A stretch of 64,000 nucleotides of DNA from Octopus vulgaris (Eukaryota), in contig OX597817.1 in NCBI GenBank assembly GCA_951406725.2, positions 14,632,001 to 14,696,000 of the forward strand, written 5' to 3'. Under the pieces are notes generated by a model. The model was not told the DNA's origin, ran no database searches, and saw only the letters and a list, made by a program, of their open reading frames with translations. Below are positions 38,002 through 50,963 of the stretch, piece after piece (within the stretch, counting starts at the first letter, position 1; each line of letters starts with the position of its first letter). The translations under genes were made by a program, and so were the position numbers.

Positions 38002-38354
38002 TTCGTATTTTCCAGTGGTGCTCTCTGTCTATTATTTTAACTTCATCCCACAGAGGGAAAAATACCTCAGGAATGAGAACCCAGGTTTGAAATTTCCCTA
38101 AGACACCTCATGAAGGCTGGAGAGTATATCAGCCAAAACATTGTGTTAACAACAAAGATGAGAACTAATATCCATCTAATGTAAATAATGTGCAGAATTA
38201 ATATGTTTACAGACATGAAAACCCCAAACAGAAATTAATAATGACAACCTTCACAGACGTTCTAACAGCCTTCAATCATGTTCTATGATGTAGTTTCTAT
38301 TTTATTCAAATGTTTTTAATAATTCCCCCACTACTACTATCTTGAATAATGATA

Positions 38355-38562
38355 TTCTTTTGTTATTTTGGCACAAGGCCAACAATTTTGAGGGGGTGGG
38401 GAAGTTGATTACATTGACCCCAGCACTTAACTGGTACTTATTTTATCAACCCTGAAAGGATGAAAGGCAAAGTCGACCTCAGCAGAATTTGAACTCAGAA
38501 CATAAAGTGGCAAAATACCACCAAGCATTCTTTTCTGTTGCATCAATGATTCTGCCAGCTTG
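38355..38562 (-). mobile_element. SINE family C, older
   Basis: ctggtacttattt...gaaaggatgaaaggcaaagtcgacctc...ttctgccagcttgcc. Confidence 0.75.
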
Positions 38563-38628
38563 CCACTGTTATCTTGATAATGACATAGAAAAAAAGATCA
38601 CACACACACACATATATATATGTGTGTA

Positions 38629-38666
38629 TCTTTCTGTTGAAGAGCGTAGGTTCGAAACGTAAAAGA
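38629..38666 (+). ncRNA. Minimal hammerhead ribozyme, A6U core variant
   Basis: tcttt-CTGTTGA-a-gagc gtag gttc-GAAA-cg-TA^aaaga, within a pLTR-like repeat extending to about 38790. Confidence 0.6.
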
Positions 38667-39340
38667 CTTGTTTTATTTATATTCCTGAGTGCCATACTAA
38701 TACAATTGTTTGTTTGTATTCCACCTGCCTTCGTCTTTTGTTTATTTCCGTAAACCTGCCTTCGTCTTTTGTTTATTTTCATAAAGCTTCCCGTTATATA
38801 TATATAAATACACATATATAATGTGTGTCTATGTACATATACATACATATAGTTGTTCCATATCTCATAGTGATGTTTCACAGGGTCATTAGGTGTTTCA
38901 GGTCTTTCAACAATCAGAGACCCTCATCTACATATCCCAATCAAGGTTGATTCAAGCTCAAGCTCATATCTAGTTAACACTATCCAATGTAGCACTGTCC
39001 CTTCCAGAGCTTGCACCTCCTGGTTTACACACACCTTGAGGAAACATCTACAGATTTCATAGCCAACTTGGCAGCCTTTACCTATTGGCACTCCTGTGAT
39101 ACCCAACATGTTTTAGGCTCTGCAGAGGAACTGATATGCAAACCCTCTGCATCACACCTCAATAGGACCACACCTTGCTTGTCACCCACTCCAACAGCTC
39201 AGCATATTACATTCACTTCCTCTTGTTTGCCTCCTCAATTCATTCCTCCCAGACAATGGAGATTTCAAACAGAACCAGCTGTTTGGATGCTTCTGAGATC
39301 AGCAGCATATCTAGACTTAGTGATGCTAAGGCAACGGTGT

Positions 39341-39756
39341 CTCTCTTTACTCTTTACTCTTTTACTTGTTTGAGTCATTTGACTGCGGCCATGCTGGAGC
39401 ACCGCCTTTAATCGAGCAACTCGACCCCGGGACTTATTCTTTTGTAAGCCCAGTACTTATTCTATCGGTCTCTTTTGCCGAACCGCTAAGTAACGGTGAC
39501 ATAAACACACCAGCATCAGTTGTCAAGCAATGCTAGGGGGACAAACACAGACACACAAACACACACACGCATACATATATATATATATATATACGACGGG
39601 CTTCTTTCAGTTTCCGTCTACCAAATCCACTCGCAAGGCTTTGGTCGGCCCGAGGCTATAGTAGAAGACACTTGCCCAAGGTGCCATGCAGTGGGACTGA
39701 ACCCGGAACCATGTGGTTGGTAAACAAGCTACTTACCACACAGCCACTCCTGCGCC
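39341..39756 (-). mobile_element. SINE family A, young full-length
   Basis: Reverse complement of the 1472 element. Confidence 0.9.
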
Positions 39757-39846
39757 TTCCTGTCTGGGAACTTCAGCTGCTTTTTCCAAGCAAACTTTTA
39801 GCTCCCAGCCATGTGCTGTTGCTAGTAGGCCTAAGGAGGTGTATGT

Positions 39847-39885
<39 letters not shown>

Positions 39886-40494
39886 TAGTAAACAGCAGAA
39901 AAGTATAAATTTTCCACGATTCATAATTTGTTCTCAACAGCTGTTTCAATGGAATTTTTTTTTTTAATCATTTATTTAATTATATGATTAACATACATAA
40001 TTAATTTAATTCCGATACATTACATATCTCGTTAGGAGACATCTTTCCTAACAAGATTAATAACACACAACATTTAAATTATTTTTATGATGTTTATGCA
40101 TCAACACAGTATATAAAAATTTGTGTATAAATAACATGTTAAATTCAGACTGCCATTTAATATAGTCGGCCAAATATAATTTTTAATCAATTGAAATTAT
40201 CAGTAAAGTTATTAGTATTTACCAGTTAATCCCAACGTAGACAAGCAAGAGATAACTGGAATTTCATTTGACCAAAACTTAAATGGGTGACATAAAGTAT
40301 TAACCTACACTTAACTGTGTGTTCTTCATGCAGAAGCCACCCATGGGAAAAGATCTAATGTTATCATATATAAATGTGTATGTATATATATATATATATA
40401 TATATCTCACAGCCTGAAGTTTTCAAAATAGATGCACTAAAGTATCGCATGACAGAAACGTGTACAATTATCAAATAAATATTTTTATATTAAA

Positions 40495-40881
40495 CTAGCA
40501 GTATCGCCCGGTGTTGCTCGGGTTTGTAAGGGAAATAACTATATAAGCATTTTTAGAGATGTAAAGTATAATAACCATCTCAATATGGCTAACCACAAAG
40601 GGGAGGGGGTGTTACTGTAGCTTTTTACGTTCTGAGATTTAATAATAAATGTTTAGAGAGTTACTTCCCTTATATATGCCAAAAATGGGAAAAATTGATG
40701 GTAATTTTTTTTTAAATCGTAGACTCATCGTAGACGCGCGCTAATACCCAGAAGGGCTCGATATGAATCACGACTATAAGATACCCGGTTTTGGTTAAAC
40801 TGCACCGCAAAATGTGGGAGTAGTTAGGAATCTAAATCGTAGGAGACAGACACCACACAACCTCACTTTTATATATAAAGA
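40495..40881 (-). mobile_element. Non-autonomous Helitron (second copy)
   Basis: Near-identical to 36179-36579, with the same TC/CTAG termini at an AT target. Confidence 0.85.
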
Positions 40882-40912
40882 TAAAACTTTAAACATAACA
40901 GATTTGAAGAAT

Positions 40913-41405
40913 CGTCATCATCATCATTTAATGCCTGTTTTTCATGCTGGCATGGGTTGGACAGTCTGACAGAAGCTGTGCAAGCCAGAGAGCTGCACCA
41001 GGCTCCAGTTGTCTATATCGACCTAGTTTCTAGTTGGATGCCCTTCCTAAGGCCAACCATTTTACAGAGTGTACTGGGTGTCTTTTACATGGCACCAACA
41101 CAGGTGCGTTTTAGATAGCACGAGCATGGGCACATTTTATGAGGCACCAGTGTGGGTACTTTTATATGGCACCTGTACAGGTGTTTTTTACATGCTACTA
41201 GCATGGGTGCTTCTTACATGACACCAGTATGGGTGTTTTTTATGTGGTGCCCCTATGGATTCTTTTTATGCGACACCAGTATAGGAGTTTTTTATGTGGC
41301 ACCAATACGAGTGCCTTTTATGTGACACCAGTATGGGTGTTTTTTATGTGGCACCAGCACGGATGTTTCTATGTGACACCAGCAACTGGGAGCTCACAAG
41401 ACAAG
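40913..41405 (-). mobile_element. SINE family B variant with ~25-bp tandem array
   Basis: Family B tail plus about 12 units resembling ttttatgtggcaccagtatgggtg. Confidence 0.7.
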
Positions 41406-43788
41406 ACTCTCTCAGTGGAGAGAGAGAGTGGAACCAAGGAATTAGAGAATGACATGTGTGTGCATAAAAGAGATACTTGGCAACCTCAGTAGGACAAGGA
41501 AGGACAGGAAGGTGAGAGATAGCTAGAGAGAGAGATAGAGAGAGAGAGACAGTCAAAGTGAGAAAGAGAGAAAGCCTTCCCACATGGAAGAGTGGTTTGA
41601 AAAAAATTTTGTAAACCATTCCTGTGTAAATATTGGCCAAGTTAGCAATCATGTTTCATTACTATTTGCAGAGGGATTTCAAGCTTTATTTCCTTCTAAT
41701 AATTTCTCAACATAACATTTATTAAACAGTGATAACCAATGCATCTCAGGAAGAGAGGTTTTGGTTGTGATGAGTCTTGCAAATGCTATATAAAAAAAAA
41801 ATAAATTAAAATAAATCATAGAAGTTATTATTCACTTCATCTCATAGAAAACTGAACCCCATAAAGCAACAAGCCACATACAAATAACCCTGAGGGAATA
41901 TTACTTTTTCTAACTTCCATAAATCTTCTTAGCAATTTCTCAATAATGCAGTAGAAACTTTTCAGTGTACACAGCTAGAGATTCTGCTATACAAAGACAC
42001 CTACATTGATACTGAGAAAGCAGAATGATGTCTCTCTCTCAAATAAACGCATCAAATAGCCATTGCCAGCATCTGTAGCTGATGCCATTAATTTTATTTT
42101 CTATTTATCTAGATTGTTAGTCATCTATTACTCAGCATCATATCATTCAGTTCAAGTATAATCTTTTACATTGCTAGCATTGCCCTTAAGTCAGTATTCA
42201 AGAACAAATGGCTTTTTTTCTTTCCTTTCCTTTTTTTCTTTCTTTTTTTGTTAATACCATTCCTCATTCTTAAGACATGGAGGAATAGTAACAGGCAAAT
42301 AATCTCATATTTTTCTTCTTTATGTTTAGTATAAGTATTGAAAATTATAAATTTCTTCTCTCATTCAGTATGAAGAAGAGAAAACCCCCAGAAGAAAAGC
42401 GTTCTCATTAAAACACTAATTCACTGCTTCTAACTTAATTTTATGTTGTCCTCAATTTTAAAATTTGATCAATTTCCCATGAAAACTTGTCTGATAAACT
42501 ATACAAAAAAAAAAAAAAATTATTGTTATTACCCACCCAATAAATTTTCTATGCCAACCTCAACACTACATTTTTATGTCTGTTTTTGTACATGTACAAC
42601 TCATCCATCACCCAAGTAACGAATAAAAGAAATCATTATTATTGTTGTTGTTAATTATTATTATTTCCCATAGAAAATGTCATTTTCTATTTGATGTGAT
42701 TAATTGCATAAGCTTCGCATCAAATACTCATTAATATTAGGTTATAAGCAGGTAATTAACACTCGCTGTAATGACCAGTTGCGTGTGCTTCTGCATAAAT
42801 ATGTTTGTGTTTCTGTGCAAGTGGTTGTGCATATATGACTGCATCTTCTGATGACGATATTAATGCCTGCAATGGTAACCAATCTGAGTGTGTATGTACC
42901 TGCACACGGACATAAACTTCTATAGGAGCCAATGAGTATGTGTTAGTGCTTCTGCATGTACAGATGTAGTTTTGTGTGCATCACTGCATTATTTATTTTC
43001 ATATCACTTTCCTGGGCTAATATGAATTCCCAAGTTAATATGTCAATGTTATTCTGGTTGATAGACTCTCTATACTATCTTTAATCAAATCACTTCCAAT
43101 TATTTTGATCACATCTTCCCTTGGACAACTTCAAGGGCTGTATTATCAATATAGTTCTGTCCATCATTGCCCTTGTTCAATATAGTCCAGTCCAGCAATA
43201 GTGAAACATTATTATTGCGTCATATCAACACATAACCATTAATAGGATCAATGGTACATAATACGTTATTTGCAAAGCAAAAATTATTTAAGAAATAAAT
43301 ATGTGTGTGGCCATATGAGTTTTATGAGTTACAGCAGTAAATATAAGTAGCAAGCAAGTTCAATATCCCATATTGCAGCTTTATTACTTATTAAGGAAAG
43401 ACATAGATTCCAGAAATCCAATTTTCTACTACTACTAATAATACATGAAGGCAATAGGTGTCACCGCTTGTAATCAAGTATTTGACCACATACCAGCAAA
43501 CAGTATGTGGGATGCATATATCACATAAATGTTTTTTTTTTTGTTCTTTATTTTATAAGAAAGTCCCAAACAAGGCAAGAAGCCAATTAATGTAAGGGAC
43601 AATGAAGAAGGAGAAATTAAGATGAAAGGAATAAATTTACTTTAGACTTGAAAGAATTCAGGTCAGAAGGAGGAGGAAAAGAATAAGATGAAAAAGAGTT
43701 CCAAAGTCTGGTAGTTCAAGGGAAAAAAGCTACAACCATAGTAAGACTTCCTTAGTTGTGGAAACACAACAGCATTTGGATGAAGACA

Positions 43789-44007
43789 CTCTCTTTTACT
43801 CTCTTTTACTTGTTTCAGTCATTTGACTGCGACCATGCTGGAGCACTGCCTTTAGTCGATCAAATTGACCTCGGGACTTATTCTTTTGGAAGCCCAGTAC
43901 TTATTCTATCGGTCTCTTTTGCCGAACCGCTAAGTGACGGGGATGTAAACACACCAGCATCGGTTGTCAAGCAATGCTAGGGGGGACAAACACAGACACA
44001 CAAACAT

Positions 44008-44045
<38 letters not shown>

Positions 44046-44175
44046 GACAGGCTTCTTTCTGTTTCCGTCTACCAAATCCACTCACAAGGCATTGGTCGGC
44101 CCGAGACACTTGTCCAAGGTGCCACGCAGTGGGACTGAACCCGGAACCATGTGGTTGGAAAGCAAACTACTTACC
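43789..44175 (-). mobile_element. SINE family A
   Basis: Family A sequence, head truncated. Confidence 0.85.
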
Positions 44176-45517
44176 TGTGCATTTTAAGTCAGGCGAGATA
44201 GCACAAAGTGATCTGGCACCAAGAGAAAGTTTGTCAGGGCACTTCCTGTGACAATAACGATAGGAAAGACTAAGACTGGTGATGTCACATCAATGCGACA
44301 AAGGTTGCAGGGACCAATCAGATTAGAGATTCACTTCTGAACCCGGTCATGGAAACTCAAATGATAAGATGGTGCACCTGCCCAAATTTAATGATCTAAA
44401 ACTGCCTCAGATGTGAAGTAGTCTTTGACCTGTACAATGATCCAACCTTATGGGAAGCATACCGACCAATTGATTGTATATAAGAACTCCAAGAAAGGGG
44501 GAAATTTGGGGCAATTTGGGGCAATTACACAGGCACACACATGCTGTGTATTATATGTTGGGTTCTCTGTCTATATATGAGCATCCTGTTACACAATTGA
44601 CTGGATGACCTACACATATGAAACTAATATGTGAAGTGATTGGGTGTTCAAGACATGTATACCCTAAACATAACTCACAAGTAGAATCAGTGTGACAAAG
44701 TTGCACTTTTAAATTACAAGTAAAGTGCATTTGACAATCTTATATGCAATTACTGTCCACTGAATGCAGTGGGACCAAAATTGGGACCTTATGGTTGAAA
44801 AGCAAACTTCTTAACCACTCAGCTGCACTTGCATCAATGGCTGGATGGATGGTTTTATATATATATACATAATTTACAAAATGAGGGCAAAAGAAAAATT
44901 CTAATGCCAAATATGCCGAAAAATGACAAAAATTGTCAATAACCATTATAATTTATGCGTCTCGAAACAAACCGATAGAAATTTCTAAAAAATCCGTTAT
45001 TACCGTTTCGGTCCCAATTTCGGGGTTAATTCATAAGAATTTTCCCCTCTTCAGCGATAAATACGTGAGATATAAGTGAAATACTTACTCATACCCATGG
45101 AAAAAGCAGACCTAAGTACCCCAAATATATCCAAAATAGAAAATCTTCGGCACATCTCGAGACATCGTGTGATTCGAACTAGAAACTTTCACAGAGTGAG
45201 AGAATCCGGAAGTAAACACTATTCAATTTATAACTAATGTAGAATAAAAAAATTTTTCGGGATTTTTTTTTTTTTCGAAAAAAATTTTATCCTACATTAG
45301 TTATATATATATTAGTGGCATGTGGCTGTTGTTGTATTGGGGGTGCTGCCACACCCAATACCACCAAATTTCAAGCAGGAGTATAACAAAAGTTTTCCAT
45401 TAAGATTTGTGATTAAATTAATGAGTAAGTTTAATATGTATAATGAATTTTCCATTTCCAATGGGTGTGCAGTGCACACCCAGAATATACCCCCACACCG
45501 ATATCTATACACACACT

Positions 45518-45552
<35 letters not shown>

Positions 45553-46118
45553 ATATATATATATGAATGTGCGTGTGTATATATACATATATATGTATGT
45601 GCACACGTGTGTGTGTGTTGTGCATATATATTGTACTATAGAAGGTATCTGAAAATTTTCAACCAACACTGAATATTATGACAAATGTAAGTATTATGTC
45701 TATGTGTACATCATGTTTGCAGACAAAAAAGAAGGAACAGCTATATGTGTCACATTTCTTCTGCTTGGAATTTCCTCAGCAGCTGTGCACTTTCCTTAAA
45801 TCTTTTGCCTGTCCAAAGCATTTGTCTACCTCTGTCCTGAAAATCCATGCTTGTTTCAAAACTTTTATTCAGCCTTTGTTTCATATATTCTGAGTGATAA
45901 AATGCTTTCCCTTCGTAAGTCCAAAGTTACACTGATAATTGAAAAAAAAATTAAGGATGTGTATCATATATGATACATGGACATCAGAGAAAATATGTCC
46001 TGTGTATCACATGCGATACACTAGACAGGTGAAAGGTTATCCATGAACACACTCTGCTTATAAATCAACTAATATTAGTGTCCAAAGCAAATTTAATAGA
46101 ATGTAAATTGAATGAATG

Positions 46119-46443
46119 TGAAGGCATGTGGCTTAGTGGTTAGGGTATTCAGCTCATGATCGTAAGGTCATGAGTTCAATTCCTGGCAGCGTGTTGTGTC
46201 CTTGAGCAAGACACTTTATCTTCATGTTGCTCCAGTTCACTCAGCTGGCAAAAATGAGTAGTACCTGTATGTCAGAGGGCCAGCCTTGTCACATTCTGTA
46301 TCACGGTGAATCTCCTTGAGAATTACATTAAAGGTACACGTGTCTGTAGAGTGCTCAGCCACTTGCATGCTAATTTCAAGAGCAGCTTGTTCCGGTGGTC
46401 ATATTAACTGGAGCCCTCATCATCGAAATCAACAGAGTGCTCC
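46119..46443 (+). mobile_element. SINE with family E head and family D tail
   Basis: tgaaggcatgtggcttagtggttagg...cttgagcaagacacttt, then gggccagccttgtcac...ggtacacgtgtctgt...gagtgc. Confidence 0.8.
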
Positions 46444-46732
46444 TAAATTGATTAGATGAATTTGTGCACCTGACATCTTCCTGGCAGCTAGTTCAAATAT
46501 TAAGTTACTGATCTGTTAACAGTGTTTCATTCTGTTACTAAAATGTACCATGGAGTATATCTACAGATTCTTAACCAATATTGTATGTTGTGGTAAATGG
46601 AAACATTATGGACAGACATGTGGATGAACAGAAAACAATTGCAAGTAAAATCAGGAAGGTTACTAGATAAGGAGGAGACAAATAGATAAATAATATAACA
46701 ATATATGAGGTAGGGCAAGTAAAGCTTATGAT

Positions 46733-47123
46733 ACTCTTACTCTTTTACTCTTTTACTTGTTTCAGTCATTTGACTGCGGCCATGCTGGAGCACCGCCTTT
46801 AATCGAGCAACTCGACCCCGGGACTTATTCTTTTGTAAGCCCAGTACTTATTCTATCGGTCTCTTTTGCCGAACCGCTAAGTAACGGGGACATAAACACA
46901 CCAGCATCGGTTGTCAAGCAATGCTAGGGGGACAAACACAGACACACAAACACACACATGCATATATATATATATACATATATACGACAGGCTTCTTTCA
47001 GTTTCCGTCTACCAAATCCACTCACAAGGCTTTGGTTGGCCTGAGGCTATAGTAGAAGACACTTGCCCAGGGTGCCACGCAGTGGGACTGAACCCGGAAC
47101 CATGTGGTTGGTAGACAAGCTAC
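46733..47123 (-). mobile_element. SINE family A
   Basis: Family A sequence, head truncated. Confidence 0.88.
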
Positions 47124-47299
47124 ATGGGGAAAATTTAGAAAAATTAAACTGAAGGAATAAACACCAAAGAATGTATACAATGGAAATAAATACGCCAAAT
47201 AAAAAGACAAAGAAACAGATCTGTGATTACCCTCTTTACCAAAGAAAAGTAAAAGAATTAGGAAAAGGATGAAAAAAGAAATGGTACCAAATTCACAAC

Positions 47300-47341
<42 letters not shown>

Positions 47342-48061
47342 AATAAAAATAAATGAAATATGAGGTTGTTTACAAAATATTTTATGGTGCCCTAGCATGG
47401 CCGCAGTCTAATGACTGAAACAAGTACAAGATACAAGATATTTGTAATATATCACAGCAATGCATTGTAATTTATTAATGTTATCATTTGTTAATGCATT
47501 GTTCTTTGCAATAGAAACCAACCAAACAACATATATTACTTCTAATTTGTTTCACACAATACCAGACACTGGTATCTATCATCCCATTACAAAGATTTCC
47601 TGGAAACTGACCTAAATGCCTTCAGCATCAGACGCAATGAATGGATGACTGCAGCTGCAAAATCTCAAATTGACAATCCAGCAAAGAAGACTATCTACAA
47701 AAAGCTACATATTGAAAAAGCAAAAATCAAATGGATGCAAGACGCTACTGTCGTCCTCATACATTACAGAACCTGCCATAGTATTGGAGCTGTTTAAAAT
47801 TGCACTATGATTTGTAATGACCATTTACTAGAAGGATTACTTTCTTATGTTCTTTTACTTATTTCAGTCATTTGACTGTGGCCATTCTGGAGCACCACCT
47901 TAAGGGGTTTTAGTCAAAGAAATCGGGACCAAGACTTGTTCTTTGTAAGCCTAGTACTTATTGAATTTGTTTCTTTTGCCAAACTGCTAGGTTACAATGA
48001 CATAAACACACCAGCATCAGTTGTCAAGCTATGGCAGAAAGACAAACACAGATACACACAT

Positions 48062-48109
<48 letters not shown>

Positions 48110-48116
<7 letters not shown>

Positions 48117-48790
48117 GAATTTACAAAAATACAAAAGATGAAGACGGGTGTGTAAACAACAAACAGATGTATTAGTATATGATACATGGACATCAGAGAA
48201 AATATGTCCTGTGTATCACATGCGATACACTAGACAGGTGAAAGGTTATCCATGAACACACTCTGCTTATAAATCAACTAATATTAGTGTCCCGAGCAAA
48301 TTGGATAGAATGTAAATTGAATGAATGTGAAGGCATGTGGTTTAGTGGTTAAGGTATTCAGCTCATGATCGTAAGGTTGTGAGTTCAATTCCTAGGCTCG
48401 GTAAGTGAGAAAGTCTTTTACATCTCGAGCCTACGCTCTTCGAAAGAAAGGAACACAGAAATAAATAGGGAGAGAAAATAGAAAAAGGTATAGTGGCTAG
48501 CAATCTATCATGGTGAATGCCAGACAGAGGGGTCACACAGGAGAGCTAGGAAGAAGGGGAGATAGTTCATATTTATACAAAGACAAAAGATGAAGACAGG
48601 TGTATGAACAACAAGCAAGTGTATTAGTTTGATGCTCAGGAAAAATGAAAGTCTTTTACGTTTCGAGCCTATGCTCTTCAACAGAAAGGAATAAGAGGAA
48701 ATAAACAAAGAGAGAATAAGAAAATGTGTGGAGTTCAGTGATCCAACATGGTGAATGATTGCAAAATAAAAGAGGTGGAAATAAAGGGAG
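48110..48790 (-). mobile_element. Tandem PLE-type pLTR units, each with an A6U hammerhead (48414-48451 decayed, 48652-48689 intact)
   Basis: acaaaagatgaagac(g/a)ggtgt...tattagt...aagtcttttac..tcgagccta.gctcttc..agaaagga occurs twice. Confidence 0.7.
48176..48393 (+). repeat. 218-bp local duplication of 45967-46184
   Basis: First 117 nt identical, 8 substitutions afterwards. Confidence 0.9.
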
Positions 48791-49496
48791 ATAACAATAA
48801 AAAAAGAGGTTGGATGAAAGAGAGATAATAATAGTGCTAGTGATCTAAATAAGAGAAGGTTCATGAGCATGTCTGTGTTCAGGTATTATGTGCTTGTGTG
48901 GATGTGGGAGAGGGTGTGTGGTGTGTGTATTGAGTTAAACAGTGTGTGTGGATGCTCATGTTGTGGTATGTGCGGTGACGCTATTGAAGATTGTGAAAGT
49001 GTGGATGAAGGTGTATGATGTGGGTGCTGAGAAGTGGTCGGTGTTAGTGTGTGTGGAGTGGTGTGGGGTTGGTGTCAAATGAAGAGAGGAGATGAGGTTG
49101 GTGTCAGATGAAGATAGACAGTGAGTTGAGCCCATGTGGTGCAAAGGGGGAAAAGAGAAGATTTTATATATATATATATACACACATGACAGGCTTCTTT
49201 CAATTTCCATCTACCAAATCCACTCACAAGGCTTTGGTTGGCCCAAGGCTATAGTAGAAGGCACTTGTCCAAGGTGCCACACAGTGGGACTGAACCCAGA
49301 ACCACGAGGCTGGGAAGCAAGCTTCTTCCTACACAGTCACACCTGTACCTATACATATATAAACTTCTAAACTATATATAACGAAGACCAAGACAATTAC
49401 CAATATGTAAAAGATTTAATGACTACTTCTTTCAGAGTCTAGTTGACCTTTTTGGCAAAAGCTACTTATTTTACTAAACCAATCCAAATCCTTGAT

Positions 49497-49911
49497 TACT
49501 CTTTACTCTCTTTTACTCTTTGACTTGTTTCAGTCATTTGACTGCGACCATGCTGGAGCACCACCTTTTAGTCGAGCAAATCGACCCCAGGACTTATTCT
49601 TTGTAAGCCCAGTACTTATTCTATCGGTCTCTTTTGCCGAACCGCTAAGTGACGGGGACGTAAACACACCAGCGTCGGTTGTCAAACAATGCTAGGGGGA
49701 CAAACACAGACACACAAACACACACACACATACATATATATATACATATATACGACAGGCTTCTTTCAGTTTCCGTCAACAAAATCCACTCACAAGGCAT
49801 TGGTCGGCCCGGGGCTATAGCAGAAGACACTTGCCCAATATGCCACGCAGTGGGACTGAACCTGGAACCATGTGGTTGGTTAGCAAGCTACTTACCACAC
49901 AGCCACTCCTG
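49497..49911 (-). mobile_element. SINE family A
   Basis: Family A sequence. Further partial minus-strand copies at about 32600, 44760, 47840, 49180 and 62920. Confidence 0.88.
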
Positions 49912-50229
49912 TTTTAAAATTAAATGAAACTTATAGACTTGAAGAATTTATAGAAACTTACAGATTTCTTTATAAATATGGCCAGGGAATGATTAATATT
50001 ATAAATGTGGCAGAATTGTTACCATGCTCAGCAAAATGCTTAGCAGCATTTTGTCTGTCTTTATGTTCTGAGTTCAAATTCTGCTGAGGTTGACTTTGTC
50101 TTTCATTCTTTCAAGTGTCAATAAAATAAACACCTGGGAACAATGTAATCCACTTACCCCAAACCCCAGAAATTACTGGCTTTGTGCCTAAATTTGAAAC
50201 CAATATTATACACGTATAAATTTGAAATC

Positions 50230-50963
50230 AATAGTAAAGGTTATTTGCCAACATAATGTGGCAGCCCTGTATAAAGATGATGCTACTGTCTTTCAGCCCC
50301 AAGAAAACATCTTTTCCAGTTGGCTACCAGCACACAGTCTGTGCCCGTATAGTACCGTAAATCCTCGAGTATAATCTCCACTTTTTTCCCTAAATTTAAA
50401 GGTCAAAATCCCTAGTGCATACTATATACGAGGTTAAAAATGAGAATTATTTTCTAAGCAATGTCCAAGTCTCTATTTGCAGACCAGCAATGTTTATTGA
50501 AATGCATTTTGTGATGTCAGGCACGAAAATACCTTAAATCATCCATAACTTGCAGTTAGCAACATTTATTAAACGTTATTACTGTTATTTCTTTATTTTC
50601 TGCAAACAAAATGCACAAAAAAGCTACACATTTGCATTATGTTATATATACAATAATAATAAAGGACGTTACCGTATACATTTTTACAAACCAAGGATGT
50701 TATATAGCTAGAGAAGGGGTGCGTATTATACACAAGGTTTAGGTTTTTCAGAGGTACACCCCCCCTAAAAATCCCCTGCATATTATACTCAAGGGCAGAC
50801 TATACTCAAGAATTTACGGTATATGCAAGGGAGGTCATCACTAGCATCTCTAACTTGTGTACCAGTAGCCAACTGGAAAAGATATTTTCCTGAGGCCTAA
50901 AAGACAGTAATATTGTCCTTATATAGGACTGCCACATTATGTTGGCAAATAAACTTTACTATT
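50230..50963. repeat. Foldback element with ~100-bp inverted arms
   Basis: aatagtaaaggttatttgccaacataatgtggcag...ttccagttggctac / gtagccaactggaa...ctgccacattatgttggcaaataaactttactatt. Confidence 0.75.
50355..50819. mobile_element. Tc1/mariner-type MITE
   Basis: TA|ccgtaaatcctcgagtata ... tatactcaagaatttacgg|TA. Confidence 0.8.

Larger units (their letters stand above)
36784..38198 (-). mobile_element. 5'-truncated Penelope-like element with inverted pLTR
   Basis: After removing the MITE, minus frame 38057-37157 reads PLWDEVKIIDREHHWKIRKLKEAAHMLGHNNLLSR...* (GIY-YIG C-terminus). The pLTR at 36784-36945 is repeated inverted at about 38058-38198. Confidence 0.8.
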
